A stretch of 64,000 nucleotides of DNA. It comes from Octopus bimaculoides. Taxonomy: Eukaryota. Of the stretch, positions 38,551-53,209 are shown one piece after another. Location of the stretch: positions 34,438,730 through 34,502,729 of the forward strand of contig NC_068984.1 in NCBI RefSeq assembly GCF_001194135.2. Direction: 5' to 3'. The stretch's first letter is position 1. Each line of letters starts with the position of its first letter. Made by a program: the position numbers and the translations under genes. A model generated the notes under the pieces. It searched no databases, was not told the origin of the DNA, and worked only from the letters and a program-made list of their open reading frames with translations.

Positions 38551-41500
38551 CCATATATATATATGTATATATGTATATATATATTACATCTTAGCTGCTT
38601 TCTCGTATACGAACAAAGACACTGCTAGAAAGAATCATTGAAATGAGTCAAGCTTGATGCAATGCGTATATATGAATATATACGTACACACAGACATACC
38701 TACTATAAATATATAGCATATTAACCACGATACAAAATGTGCTTCTTCATATATGGGGGTTAGTAATTAGTCGAAAGTTCTTGAATCAGAAGGATATCCT
38801 TGAATTACATGAGAAGTAACCACAATAAACTACAAAGGAAACTCGAGCATATATTAATATATTCCCTCTCCTGCGGCAATTTTTCGATATATTCTGTATT
38901 ATGCAGAGAAGATATGTTTTATAAATTTAGTATATAATGTTTCATGTTTAAGTGCTTATCAAACCGATTGAAGATTTTTCTCAGGTATAGTACTTTTTCA
39001 ATATTGGCCTACATTTAATGCATTTGAATAAAGTGATAATATCCCGACCACCTTGTTGGAAATCTGAATATAATTTCCTCCTGCGGTTCTAATGCTTCCG
39101 TCATAACGCTAAAGCTATGTTCTATCGAATTCTCATCACCTTCTACCTGAATGCAATATTTCTGGCATGCCTTGGAACACTGTACAAGAAACGTAAATCC
39201 ATTAACTCTGTTACCACAATGTATACATTGTATACAATGTATACACAATATATACACAATATATACATGTGAATGTATNNNNNNNNNNNNNNNNNTATAT
39301 ATATATATATATATATATATATTCATTAATCTGTACTCCATTTAAATATATTTCAAAGCAGTAAATATTTTATAGCAAGTAATTTGCTGTTGCCCTGTAC
39401 TGGTATTTCGACAAGTGCAACAATCGATACATATTATTCTAGGTTATAATACCATACTATAGGGGTAAAATAAAAGTGTTTTCCAGTCCTCATCGCTACT
39501 CGAAGTAATGTGTCATGCAATTGATACCGTTGTTGCTTTTAAAGTTATGGTGAATAATACATGAACTATCATTTCTAGTAATGTTTTTAAACTCGAACGC
39601 ATTGGTAATTCAAAACAGAGGTTAGCTATTGTCGGCAAAGTGCTAGCAATTTTATACGGTAGAAGCGCCAATAAAAAAAGTAGGCCGAATCGTAAGGTAG
39701 AACTAACATATAGTTTGATTAATTCTAATAAAATAGATGCAAAAAACATGGTACTAAGGTTGAAGAAAGAGAACAAGATATTCGAAATAAGGAAAAAAAA
39801 AAAAGAATTTGAAAAGCCGAATGTCTATAGATCAAGGTAAAACCGCTAAAGATGATCGAACCAGATTAGTTTGAGTTCAAAAACACAATGATAACAGTTA
39901 TTTCATATGAAGCATTGAAATTTGATTGTGTTGTTTGTTAAGTGAAGCAATTTCATTGGGTGAGTGCCTTTAAGCACCAGCCTTTCATGGTTTTCAGAAA
40001 AGTATTGTGAAGATTAAATTACAACAGACCTCAGTAGACGAGTAATAAACTATAAACAGATTTGTGGAATTCTTGGCAACATAATATGTCGTTTCTCTTC
40101 TTTTCTTACTTCTCTTTCTCTAGTCCCTTATAATATTATCATTTTCGCGAAGGCGGAATACTTCTTCGTAAATACAAAAGTGTATCCATTGGCTTTGAAA
40201 AGATTTAGTATCTCTTAATGGTAATAATGATGACGATCATAATAATAATAATAATAATACTGATGATGATGATGATGATGATGATGGTGATGGTGATGAC
40301 TGAAATAATGATAATAATCATTTTAATGAAGGAACCGTTATAACAACAATAAATCGGCAGCGATTGGAACAAGCCTCTTCGTCTGAAACATAGTTGTTTT
40401 GCGCTTCATTTACTACCTCAGTCATTTGGTAATGTGTCTAATCAGCAAACATTCTAACGTACTTGTGTATATGTGAATCAAGCTATTTTCCGAAGTCAAC
40501 AGATTTGGTTGCGTTATTATAGTTATTTCAAATGATTTATTGTCCTTCAGGCGATGCCCCAATCGTAACAAAATGAAATGTCTTTTTTATATCTATTTAT
40601 TGTTTTATTACCTTCAATTTATATCTCTGCAAAATGCACCTATTTAGCTATTAGCGACACATCAATACTGTGTATTTTCCCTCCATCCATTAGCAACAGG
40701 ACTAAAACCTCGATCAATATTACGATCTCTTCTATCTATTTATCGCAAAAGTTGCTGATTTGATTTACTTTTATTATTTACTGAAAGGCTTTGACCAGAC
40801 CTTTGGCCCCAGGTTTATTATCTTTAGTCAAAAAGATATCTTAATTGTCAACTTGTGACAACATCTGTCTAGGAATGCAGTTCGTGTGTTTTTGTGAAGT
40901 TTCACATCAGTACACTTAGACAAACATATAGAAACAACCATTATCTATGAACCAGATTTTACACTAAAACACGAAAGAAAGGAAAATGCACTGCCCAAGG
41001 AAGTACATACACGTACACACAAATACACGCATACATACACACAAACCCACACACACATATGTATGAATATGCACCTTAATTCAGAGAATCGTTCGAGTGC
41101 CGACAAATTCCTTGTGGTATAAATTCCACTTGTTGAATTTCAAATGGAAACCTTGCATTTTTCGGGATCGATAAAATGAAGTACCAGCCAAATATCGGAA
41201 CAAAGCCCACCCTCTAGCAGACATGACTTTGATGTTTCCACTCGAAAAGTATGAGAATTTTACGAGGATGTCTGTATCGTTTCGAAACTACAACTACACC
41301 TGAAAACCTTTAGCGAAAGGCATGGTGCATGTGAACTACAAATCATTCTTATAATGCGAATGACTACCTTATTAAATATTTGAAATTGGTATAACTGCAA
41401 AATAGATAATAAAATATTAAAACAAAATATGACATGCATCATTTATTATTTGTGGTTATATTGCTATAAGCGTTTATACGCGCACACACATGCACACACA

Positions 41501-43799
41501 TACACATATATACAAATATAGATATGGATATATACACGGAATCGTTAGGGCGCTGGTCGAAATGATTAGCGGCGCTTCGTCTGTTTTTACGGTCCACAAA
41601 TGCAGATGTCAAACTGTTGATATATAAATTTCCTACCAATAAAATATGCGTTGTTCTCTCTCTGAGCATCGTATTTTTCTTGCTTACTTTTCACTATCTA
41701 CTCCCCCCTCTCTCTCTCTCCATACACATTATGTGTGTATGTGAGGGCGTGTATATACATTTGTCTATATATATGTGTGTATGTGTGATGGACTTCATCT
41801 TGTAAATAATTCGGAATTCTAGCATTATTAAAGGAGTATAAAGTTTTAGAAACACATTATACAGTAAACAAAAGTGATTCAAACAAACGGAACTGAAACA
41901 AAAGAAAAATTACCACGGAATTGTTCTTTTTTAAAGCATGTGCCAAAAACTTGTTGGTTTATTGCTAGCTTCTTCCATTGGAATTACGTATACAGTTGTT
42001 ATAAGACATCGTCTAAAACGTATATGAATTCCTGTTTACTTTCAATTGTTATGTTTTGAATGAAATACGGTTAAACAGCAACGCGAAACTGGAGGAAAGA
42101 AGGTAATAGTTTTTCACAATGTCAGCATTAAGTATCATAAACGCCAAATCTGAAGAAAAGGGATCCAAATTTGAAAATAAATGTATTACCAAAAATAAAA
42201 AATAGAAAAAGGAAAAAAGGAAAGGTTTCTGTTTGTATCACATTAAGGTCAGAAATAGATTGGCAGTACACAACCCATCGAGAAATTAATTTCATGGCTA
42301 GGTAAACATGAGTTACGCTGCATTAGTGTCTCGAGCGTAACACCAAAGTAACGGAAGACAGCAGTCTAAGAAAAAGAAGAAACTTATTGAATGTATTACT
42401 ATCATTATCAAAATAATAATAAACAAAAACCATTTAAAACAAGGATATATGTTTCTTGGAATAGGTACTTGCAAAATAACGAATATAAACAATGAAAATA
42501 TATTAAGAAAGTATAATCGACAAAGTAAACACCATTCTTTGATAAATTTTAACTTTGACGGATATTTGTATTACAGTGTGAGAAATTTGTTTTCTTTGTA
42601 AATAATTTAAAGCTGTATAAGATTTAGATTAGAAGTAGAATTAATTTGACTGCATAGTTGCTTATATTCTATATGCTTGCTAGAATATTATAGCTTTGTC
42701 TCATTTCAGTTTTTGTTGATTGCGTTTGGTTTATCTTATTCATAAAAAAAAACTTTATAGTTTTTAGCTTTTATTAGCAAAGTAATAATCAACTTTTTGT
42801 GTATATTATTTGAAAATAATACATATTTGTAGTAAAATTTCTTCTTAATGTATATTTCCTCTAATCTCTTACATTAATTGTATTATGTACTTTCTGACTG
42901 CATTAGTAATAACAAAATTATAATATGAATGAGAAAATCGATATGAAATGTAGGGGAAACGACATCATTTTTAAATCGATAAGTTCAGAGTACTATGTCA
43001 GAAAACTATTGACACCATGATGAATACATCAGAAACAAAATATACACATGTACATACAGCAAGCCCTCACCCATCCGAAAAGCTTATACAATCATATGCA
43101 ATCAAAACATACATCAATCATGGAATTTTAAAATTGTTCTGTCAAATATATTCTCTACGGAAATTTAGGTGGCAAATCAAAGTTATGAATTAACTTCTAA
43201 GATTTTAATGTAAATGACATTAGATATAAACACTACTTTTGGTGTTTATAATGTCTGAAAAAATATAGAGAAAGAGAATCTAAAAGAGTTTTAAGTGATT
43301 ATGAAAACAACATATAAACAAATCTCATGAAATATGCAATACTATTCAGATGAAGTATTGATCTGATTGATCGGCTAAAACAGAAGTTGCTATTAAAAAA
43401 AACACACTTTGATAAAAATTACGTTTTTACCAGTTAACTAACAATAAAACTACCATAGCCTTTAGCTTATTTAAAACTGAAAACTTCTCAGATTACTTTC
43501 ACTATTTGCTCTAACTGGTTTTTATATGAGAAAAATATAAGACACCAGCATTTGTATAGATCAGCTTTTAATTACAAATTGTGACAGAGAAAAAAGGGGA
43601 AATATATGAATCGAATCTAATGAGTATTTTATACGAAAACTGATTAAAATATGAACTATGTTCATCATATTGATTTTAAGACACATGTGAAATTTCATAT
43701 CTGTTCTAATAGACGAAGATTTCCAATACTCTATCATTGCATATTTTAAAGGACCATTTCTTTAATATCCCAGGCTCACACTCAATCATAATACATCTT

Positions 43800-43945
43800 A
43801 ACAGAACTAAGTGTAATAATTTGATAATGCTTGCAAATTCTGTTCCACAAAATACAAGAAATATTCTTTCGATGTATTATATCTCCAATATATATGTTTT
43901 CCATATTCGGGCAAATTTTCACTATAATAACCCCTGTAAAGTAGC
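43800..43945 (-). mobile_element. Penelope-like GIY-YIG remnant
   Basis: Minus frame reads GVIIVKICPNMENIYIGDIIHR, resembling GVIY.I.C..C...YIG.T. Confidence 0.35.
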
Positions 43946-44756
43946 TGGGAAAGATGGGCAAAAATGGTATCAGATAGACATTAGCAATCTATGGTCTGCA
44001 GCCATAATTGATTGTCTGTAATATAAATTCAAATAGAGAGTTTGATATGCAAGTAAACTACATGCGGACGAGTTTAGAATCAAGAAAAAGAAAGAGTCGA
44101 AGCCTATGGGAAAAACCAAAATAATTGTTGAAAAAGGTTTTATAACATAGAAACATCAGTTTGTGCTACTTATAGCCCTTGCTACTCCATCTTTCATTCA
44201 GGTACAGACAGTATATCTAAGTATTCATGGGTCAAAATGAATCTTTCAATTTGCAACACATCCGGTGGTGAACCAAGGAAGATATGGTTAATATTTATAG
44301 CAGATCGACCAATCAGTCAAGTTTTTTTACGGGTTCGTCACACTTTAGGTATATGATAGAACATCGATCGAAAAATTATCTCTTTAGTCACGTATGTCAG
44401 GCATTTCCAATAGAACACTTAATATAAGATCAGCCATCATAACGGATTCATGTTGATTGACAATTAAAGTTAGTTGGCAGTCATTTGATTTATATGACTC
44501 TTGAGAATGACAGTACATCACATGTTTACAGAAAATAATGGATAACAATTGACGGGTTATGTTGTAATAAAAAGATACCTAATTGAATACGCTACTGACC
44601 GGATTTAACAAGACTAATGCTCATACGAAGAAAAGCTTTAATTTCTTCTAACTCAAACAGCTTTTAAACTATAGTTCCTACGTTGAATTTCACAGATTTC
44701 ATTGTATAATGAATATACTGGTCGTGTGGAAATACATGCATAGACACGTTCACTTA

Positions 44757-44757
44757 C

Positions 44758-44835
<78 letters not shown>

Positions 44836-44848
44836 TTATCTATCTATC
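44757..44848. repeat. (ATCT)n microsatellite
   Basis: Direct reading. Confidence 0.95.
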
Positions 44849-45534
44849 AATTACTAACTGTAGATAAACATACACACACACACGCATTTATATTTAATTG
44901 AGAAGACGTCCGATATCTAAATGTTGTGGGAATATATATATTTATATATATATAACAAAAGAGGGGGTGCTTCATTCCTTTTTTTACTCGAAAGATATGG
45001 CCAACTAATTAGAATTTTCGTGCCGATGTTTTCTGTTTCGTGATACAGACTTTTCGGTTGGAATACTCATCAAAGTGTTGCTGTTGATCCCAGTTCCACA
45101 TTTCATAGTTACAGCCTCCATTTGGGTATTCCAGATTTCAATATTATCATCCGGAAGAAAAGGTTTTGTCTCTGGAAATTGGTCCGTTTTGTTATATAGT
45201 GAACAGGACACAATTTGAAGGCAATTTTCGTTATTGTTAAGACAGTCCTCACAAAATGTTTGCTGAAAGTTTTCATGGACCATCCTCAGTCATGGTCTAT
45301 GCAATAGAATCGTTTTCTTTACAGTTCTTGTTTGGTAGATTTCCTTTGTGCCGAAGACTATTTAGAAATAAGCACTTCAAGGCAAACTAGAAAGGTATGG
45401 AAATGATAGTTACGAAGAAATATTCGAAGGAAGTCCATTTCTTAAAATAGCTTTCCTTTCTGTTTTCGAACAATTTGTGGGTAGATTATTTGAAATAATC
45501 TTTTCGTATCTAGTTTTAAGTTCGAACGACGACA

Positions 45535-45662
45535 TCTTATATAATAATAGCAGAAACAAATGTCATTTCAGTTTGTTGTTAACAGCCTCCTTTCTGATTG
45601 GCTGGAAAATGCCTCACAGTAGCGCCGTCTATAACGTACCCACTATAACTGGTGGTACATAA
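45535..45662 (+). mobile_element. Possible non-autonomous Helitron relic
   Basis: A|TCTTATATAATAATAG start (Helitron-like 5' TC) and a GTACC..GGTAC hairpin at 45637-45658. No clear CTRR end. Confidence 0.3.
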
Positions 45663-45799
45663 CTGTGTAAAACTATACAGAAATATAGTAAATAACGCAT
45701 TCTTAAACAGTAACATACCTCTTAGGAAACTTCCTGAAATTGGGAAATATTGTGCAATATAATGTCTATATACATACAAATATACCTATATACAGACAC

Positions 45800-45832
<33 letters not shown>

Positions 45833-46606
45833 AATAAANNNNNNNNNNNNNNNNNNNNNNNNNNNNNNNNNNNNNNNNNNNNNNNNNNNNNNNNNNNNNN
45901 NNNNNNNNNNNNNNNNNNNNNNNNNNNNNNNNNNNNNNNNNNNNNNNNNNNNNNNNNNNNNNNNNNNNNNNNNNNNNNNNNNNNNNNNNNNNNNNNNNNN
46001 NNNNNNNNNNNNNNNNNNNNNNNNNNNNNNNNNNNNNNNNNNNNNNNNNNNNNNNNNNNNNNNNNNNNNNNNNNNNNNNNNNNNNNNNNNNNNNNNNNNN
46101 NNNNNNNNNNNNNNNNNNNNNNNNNNNNNNNNNNNNNNNNNNNNNNNNNNNNNNNNNNNNNNNNNNNNNNNNNNNNNNNNNNNNNNNNNNNNNNNNNNNN
46201 NNNNNNNNNNNNNNNNNNNNNNNNNNNNNNNNNNNNNNNNNNNNNNNNNNNNNNNNNNNNNNNNNNNNNNNNNNNNNNNNNNNNNNNNNNNNNNNNNNNN
46301 NNNNNNNNNNNNNNNNNNNNNNNNNNNNNNNNNNNNNNNNNNNNNNNNNNNNNNNNNNNNNNNNNNNNNNNNNNNNNNNNATATATACACACACGTGTGT
46401 GTTTCTTTGTGTTTCAGTGTGTGTGCGTGTGTTTGTTTTTGTGGGTGTGCTTACATTCATATATATTCATAGATATGCATATGTACATATACACGGACAA
46501 GTACGTACACACACATATATGTATATATGTATGTACGTATTTAGGTTTGTATGGATGCATCCTGAAGTTATGAATGTCAGACGAATGAAAAAGGAGTGCT
46601 CAATAC

Positions 46607-46665
46607 CAGTTCTACAGGATATAGCTTTGAAGCCACTTAATTTTGCCCTAATGTCCTGGAAGGTG
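46607..46665 (-). CDS. Candidate 59-nt exon (1 nt + TFQDIRAKLSGFKAISCRT + 1 nt)
   Basis: Minus acceptor tttctgtttttatttgaaatggaattcag and donor CTG|GTATTG. The peptide resembles the RPTFxxI motif at the end of kinase domains if the preceding exon ends in CC. Confidence 0.2.
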
Positions 46666-47501
46666 CTGAATTCCATTTCAAATAAAAACAGAAATTTACA
46701 ATTAATACGAATTTCCATTACACATCTGAAAATTTAATTTACAAGATAACTTGTTCAGGATCTCGACACAATTAATTAAGTCAAACAAAATAACTCTCAG
46801 AGGGAGAACAACAATTCATAAGGATCATATCCATTTTCCAGATAACATTTAGTGAACCCATAAAGGTGTGTGTGGAATCTCCAATCAAACATCGCTGGTT
46901 TTCCCTATTACCAGTGGAAGGAAACAATTTCTGTACAACAACGGTTAAATAAATAGCATATATTTATTGAAAAGTACAAACCGCAACTGAATATGAACAT
47001 GTAACCTATTTTTGATTTTGTAAATATTGTAATTCATGAACGCATAGGCAACTAAAATATTTAAAATATATAAACATGTATTTCATAAATTTATGACTTC
47101 GTAATATCAATACTATCAATTCACTTACCCACAAAAAGAGTAATTACCTCCCCTATTTCTAATAATAACAACCACGAATTACTTTCGCTTAGATTTATAT
47201 ATCTGCACTTTCATTATACAAAACAACTTTCCTGCTACTATCATGGACTATCATGGACTAAACAAACTCTTATAATACAATGAAATCGTAATATTTTCAC
47301 TAATTTCTTAGTCATGATTTTCTAAAATGAAAACAGTTGACTATGTAAACAATCTGTCTTATAAAAGATACATACGTTTTGTGCATTTTCCTTCTATTTA
47401 AATTTTTTCCTACACACACACATAGACATACACATCGGCACAGACACACGCACACGCACAGGTATATATGTACATATATACTATTCAAACATTTTCCATC
47501 T

Positions 47502-47632
47502 CTACAATTGCTTCTACGCAACGTAGTTCTCCAGGCCTGCAGGTACTTGATTGTGCAACGTTTTCACGTAAACGGCTGAATCATCAAGCACCTGTACGCC
47601 TGAAGATCTATGTTGTGTAGAAACAATTGTAG
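47502..47632. repeat. ~130-bp inverted repeat with hammerhead-like arms
   Basis: The reverse complement of 47502-47552 matches 47581-47632 (gcctggagaactacgttgcgtagaagcaattgtag vs gcctgaagatctatgttgtgtagaaacaattgtag), around a ~28-nt spacer. Confidence 0.85.
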
Positions 47633-50600
47633 TAATTGAAAAGAAATGTCCTAACGTTCTCCTTTTTGTTGACTCCAATTTTTTTGAATTATCTATTCAC
47701 ACACGACAGATGCCCAAATGCAAACCTAGAAATACGCACAATACTACTAGCGGATAGCACAGAGTGAAATCTTAAGGGGAACGAACTTTATACTGTACTT
47801 TAATACTTTCTTAATAGAATATACCATAACTTATGTATTTATATATACTGACTGCAGCGTGATAGAAACACACAAATCCATTAACTTCTCTTAAATATTT
47901 GTGTCAACATTTTCATTGTTGCATCACTGTGGTTTTCTGAGTGGCAAACTCATGTCTTCTACACTGTAATCGCTTTGGTTTCAGCACACAACCTCAGATC
48001 ATAGATTTGCTATGAAGTACGTTTTCGATTTTATATATAACTCTTGTAACAAATTATAAATAGTAAATGTTTAAGGAAATATAAAATAAAATTATCATAC
48101 TAATTATCTATAGAAGTATGTTAAAGGCTATGGATAAAGAGTCACACATATTTTTGCTATTAGCAGAAATGAAATGAACGTATTTTTTTTACTGAAAAAT
48201 AAGAAATGTTTGCTCTAAGTAAACCTGGAAAACATTTCTTGTAATATCACCTCTTTTTCTTTTATAGTGACTCTGATGTTTACGTTATAAGCTCAAAATT
48301 TTACATTTCACTCTCCTGACAAAAATTGAACATTGAAATCTTCTCTATTGCCTATGCACCCATTAATTCCCTCTGTAAAATCCATGATTTAAAGCATTTT
48401 ATCAACATCTCTCCCCGAAAATATTAGCTTTATTGTTATAAACTTCAACATATCAAGGTTGTCCTTTGGTTGTATGAGGGCTCAACAATTATATACATTA
48501 TACAATCAGGTTACATCGTTTCGTCCTGTACAGGAAAACATCTTAGCGTTTATTCTTTATTTATCAATAAAACATCAGTTGAAAGAAAATTATACTTTGG
48601 TAAATCATTCAAAGATAGCTATTCCATATAAATTTTTAACTCATTCATTTTGACACGGCTAACTTCTTGTCTTTCATGATGAGACTATCATTTTCATCTA
48701 TTTTGTATTGATCTTTCCAATCACATTACTTGCTATATTAATTCAATTACCTATAACGCAATAAATAATTATGTTGCTTATCACACGACAGCTACGTAAT
48801 TGTATAATCATTTCTATATGCTTATATGAATGAGTCCATAAGTATTTTTAGTTTTTCTTGGCACCTTGGCAGAGTAAACAAATATTCATTCATAGCATAC
48901 TCACATGTGTACGCACCTATCTATCTATATATCTATCTGTCTGCCTGTGTGTCTGTGTGTCTGTCTGTCTGTCTGCCTGTTTGTCTGTCGGTCTGTCTGT
49001 CTGTCTGTGTGTCTGCCTCTTTGTATCGATCTATTTATATATATATGTATACATGTATGTATGTATGTATCTATCTATCTATCTATCTATCTATCNNNNN
49101 NNNNNAACACAAACACACAGACACACACACATATGCACACACACATATACATATATATATATATTTATATATATACATGTACATATTTATACATATGTAT
49201 ACATGTATATATGTACACACACATACCTACAACCATACACACACCCATATTCTTATATCTTCATACATACACACACACACACATCCACACACACACACAT
49301 TAGAAGTGAGCTATACAAAACTCTGGCTCTCGAGTCCCTTATACCTCACGCACATATTTGCATATTTTTTCGAGCTACGTCTACATTTTTGTGAGCTTTG
49401 TGATCTAGGAATGTGTGCTTGTTATGGGAGCAACAATTATTCTGAAAAAATGAAAATACATCTAAATCTGTTTTAAAATCCAATGGAAATGTATTCTATG
49501 AAAATTGTTCATTATTTCAGTAACTAAAGTCTTTGCATCAGCTTGCCTTCAGTCACGACGTCTGCATGCTTCAAGCATTGTTACTTTCTCGATATGTTTT
49601 TTCTTCTTCAATATATGCAGTGTATATATGGAAATTTCTTCGTTGGAATGAAGCCTAAAATCTTATCTGTGCGTTAAGTACGTTGAATATTCATTGAATT
49701 GACATTAGATTGTTCAGAAAGGGAAGAATCAGTCATTTCTGGGCTCTAAACTGCTTATTCTTATCTAAAGATTTCATTCATGTTTCCGATTAATGTTGTT
49801 CCATAAGTTAAAGCGATATTCGGAAATTGCTATCCATACAGCCTATTTCCTGGAATTGAGACGCCTAGAAATTAGAATTTGAATGAAAATTTGAAGCATC
49901 TGCTTAAAGAATAACAGCCGTAACCAAGGCAAACATCGTCTTCAATGCGGATTCAAATCGAAATTGTATTGTGTTTAATGTATTTCTTTTATTCTTTGGA
50001 GAAAGACACGGAAAGCATGATTAAAATATATACTTCTCACATTTTTTTTTACATTACGGAGAGCTTGTACGCGGTCGATTGAAATGCTGGAAATAGCAGT
50101 CAACTTTAACTCCCTCAAATCGCGCAGTATCGCCAGAATTCATAAAGGAGGCATTAGAGAATCTGAAGTCCGATCAGATTCGAGAAGATTAAACGACAAG
50201 TATATTATATATATATATATATATAAACGCCGAGAACACTTTTAATGACTGTTATGAAATGAAAAGAGACTGGAATCATACGTGTTGTTCCTCTTTCGCT
50301 TCAGGTCGGATGATCAAAGACCTTTTTTATCCATGAACGTCCTAATGATTTCTCTCTTACTATGCCATTATTAAGTGTGTCATATATTATTTAAACTAAC
50401 CGACAGTGTAGAAGATCTAGTGGTAAATATACAATAATTTGGTAACATATATGTCATAATGTTCTCGAATAAAGATTTCTTATTTTAGGATAGAAGCTTC
50501 ATAAACTTGCAGCAGGTTCACAGAAACGTGTGTTGTTTGTGTAGCTTCTAATTTCATTCATAGAAAATTGCTTAATTTATATATTATGCTTTACTACATT

Positions 50601-51285
50601 TGGGAATTAAGGACTTCTCACAACTATATTCAGTCATCTGCAACCACGAAAAATATATGTATGCAAGAATATTTATTTTTCTAAAAATTGATGCGGCGTC
50701 TTCATATAGTTCTTTAATGTAAGACCAATATCTATATGATTTATTGCAGGTTTGAAATAAAAAATCAGAATCTAATTATATTACGAACGAATCTAAACTT
50801 TTATTTTAGAGATGCCTTTAATATCTCAAACGTTTAGAAGCTGGAAACTAAGGTAGTATTTCCGACATGAGTAAAAGGACATTGAAACTTCATCTTTTCG
50901 ATCAACTAATTTGACTGCCTGTTAATTTATCATATAAGTGGTTGATCATTACACAGATAAGTAGACCGTTAAGCTAATCACCAAGTAGAATCTTCATGAC
51001 ACTACGTGATAAGCTTGTACTTTTGAATGTGCGAACCTTGCTGGGAATTTCAGCAATTCTTGCCAACCCATTTTTATTCTCAAAGCTTGGGTACACCTAA
51101 GTGAAATACTCATGCTCAAAATGTCATGCGATGTAATTGAATCCACGCTTTCGTGTTTTGAAAAGAACTTAAACATTTCGTCATGCTGCAACCTTAGGCT
51201 CAACATACTGCTTGGTTTATCACAATGATGTAATCCTTGCATACCTTTGGAGGAGTTTACACTGTTGCTAATGTTTTACTTTCAG

Positions 51286-51342
51286 ACACTGGTTGGCATG
51301 TACACAAAATATAGCTAAAATTAGTCACATCATTCAAGAAAG
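51286..51342 (+). CDS. Candidate 57-nt symmetric phase-2 exon (1 nt + HWLACTQNIAKISHIIQE + 2 nt)
   Basis: Branch point/acceptor gctaatgttttactttcag, only one open frame, donor AAG|GTTTGC. Confidence 0.3.
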
Positions 51343-51867
51343 GTTTGCAAATGTTACGAAACTATCACTACAATGATTTCCTCGATTTTCTAGAAATATT
51401 TCGTTCCTACAACTATCATTCGACTTCATTCTTTCAAAATGTATCTCTTAGTTCCTGAAGTAAAACTAAACTCCTGAAGATGCATAAAGTAAATATATTC
51501 CGTGAGTTAATGTCGTTATAAGGAAATATACTAAAATATTGACGATTTCTTCATTGTCACTGTGACAGATATCTAAGGATATGGGAATTTGTGAAAGGCA
51601 TATTGTTACGATAAACGGCATTAAATATTTGTGCGTCTGACACAAAATTGTATCTAAAACTTCTTTGTTCTTTGTGCCTTATTTATTTTTTTTCAAATCG
51701 AGACCATCAAGCAAAAATAACAGTAGCATCAACAATACAATTTTCATCAGAATAAAGACAATTATCGTGGGCAGAATAAGCATCATCAGCATGGCTTTCA
51801 TTATTCGCATTTTTATGAGCTTTTTACTCTCTACCATTTACGGTAGATGTCGCACTCTTAAAAATAT

Positions 51868-51911
51868 AACCACCACCGACAACACCACCACCAACAACAC
51901 ATATACCAAGT

Positions 51912-51942
<31 letters not shown>

Positions 51943-51968
51943 CAGCAAGAACAACCTCATAATCCTCA

Positions 51969-52027
<59 letters not shown>

Positions 52028-52085
52028 TTCATCATCATCATCATCTTCATCATCAAAATCTATTACCAAATCATCATCATCATCA
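51868..52085. repeat. Compound (CAC)/(CAA)/(CAT)n tract
   Basis: Direct reading. Confidence 0.9.
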
Positions 52086-53209
52086 TCGTCTTTGTTTTTT
52101 TCTCCCCTATTCTTAGAAACCGAATAACCTATTTCTTATATTCATGTGTTTGTCCATCATTTTAATCTTTTTTCGCTATCAAGCATTTTTCTTATTATAT
52201 TGGCAATATTCAAAATCTGTAGCAAGATTTATCTTACTAATATCCCCGCAGTTTACTTGGAATTCTTAATAAGCAAAAGGGAGCAAGACTGCCACTATTA
52301 TAAAAATACATAAATATCAAAATAAACCAAGATTACCAACTCATATTAACCTTTGCTGTTCCGTGTTTTCTCATAAAATATTTACGTTTACTTTGTTTGC
52401 AAAACGATAAGTGAAACGAAAAGAGAAGTATGAAATAAACTGAGAAAAATAAATAAAAACAAAGAACCAGAAAAAAAATCAAGGAAGTAGTAAATAACTA
52501 AATTAACATAACCGAATAAAATAACTCAACTTGGCAAGAAAACAGCAATTATTATTAAATTGTTAGTGATAGTTATGTTTAATAAATAATTTTTTGTTTG
52601 TTTTTGTAGTAAGTTACAAATAGATTACAACGCATTTAGGTGAAAATTGGGGAAAAATAAAGAAAAAGATAATAAAAAATAATAAAACAGTAAAACATAT
52701 TAGAACACTAAAAGAATGAAAAACTCAAACAGTAAAAATAAAAGATAAGCAAAAGACAAAAAATAAATAATCATACAAGAAAAATGGAAAGCAAACATTG
52801 AAACAAGAATAACAGGCAAACAGATTGTTGGCACTGTAATGGAATTGCAGAATATTAAATAAATTTGCTTCATAACTTGAAAGCATTTGCTGTCATTCTT
52901 GAAGGCCGTACGTCAGTAGCAAATAGAAGATTGTAATAAGAGATTTAGGTTTTGTTTGCTGTGTCTTTGTCAGAGACATTCATATTCTCTAACGGAAAAT
53001 CAGCAAGAGCAAGGATAAGAAGACCATCAAATACAAAACAAATACTACCTCTTGCACCAATAACACAACCAATCATGATGATCATGACGAAGATGATGAT
53101 GACGACGATGATGATGATGACGATGATGATGATACAGTAGAAATTATGCTGGCGTTATGAAATACTGTCAGAAAGCGTTGGTATAAATCAACACCACCAG
53201 AAAAGATTT

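Noticed and set aside
39015-39230. Open minus frame CSKACQKYCIQVEGDENSIEHSF...
   Set aside because: No recognisable homology and only weak donors.
50994-51242. 82-aa minus-strand ORF (MQGLHHCDKPSS...)
   Set aside because: No recognisable domain, weak splice context, and the length is within chance for this composition.
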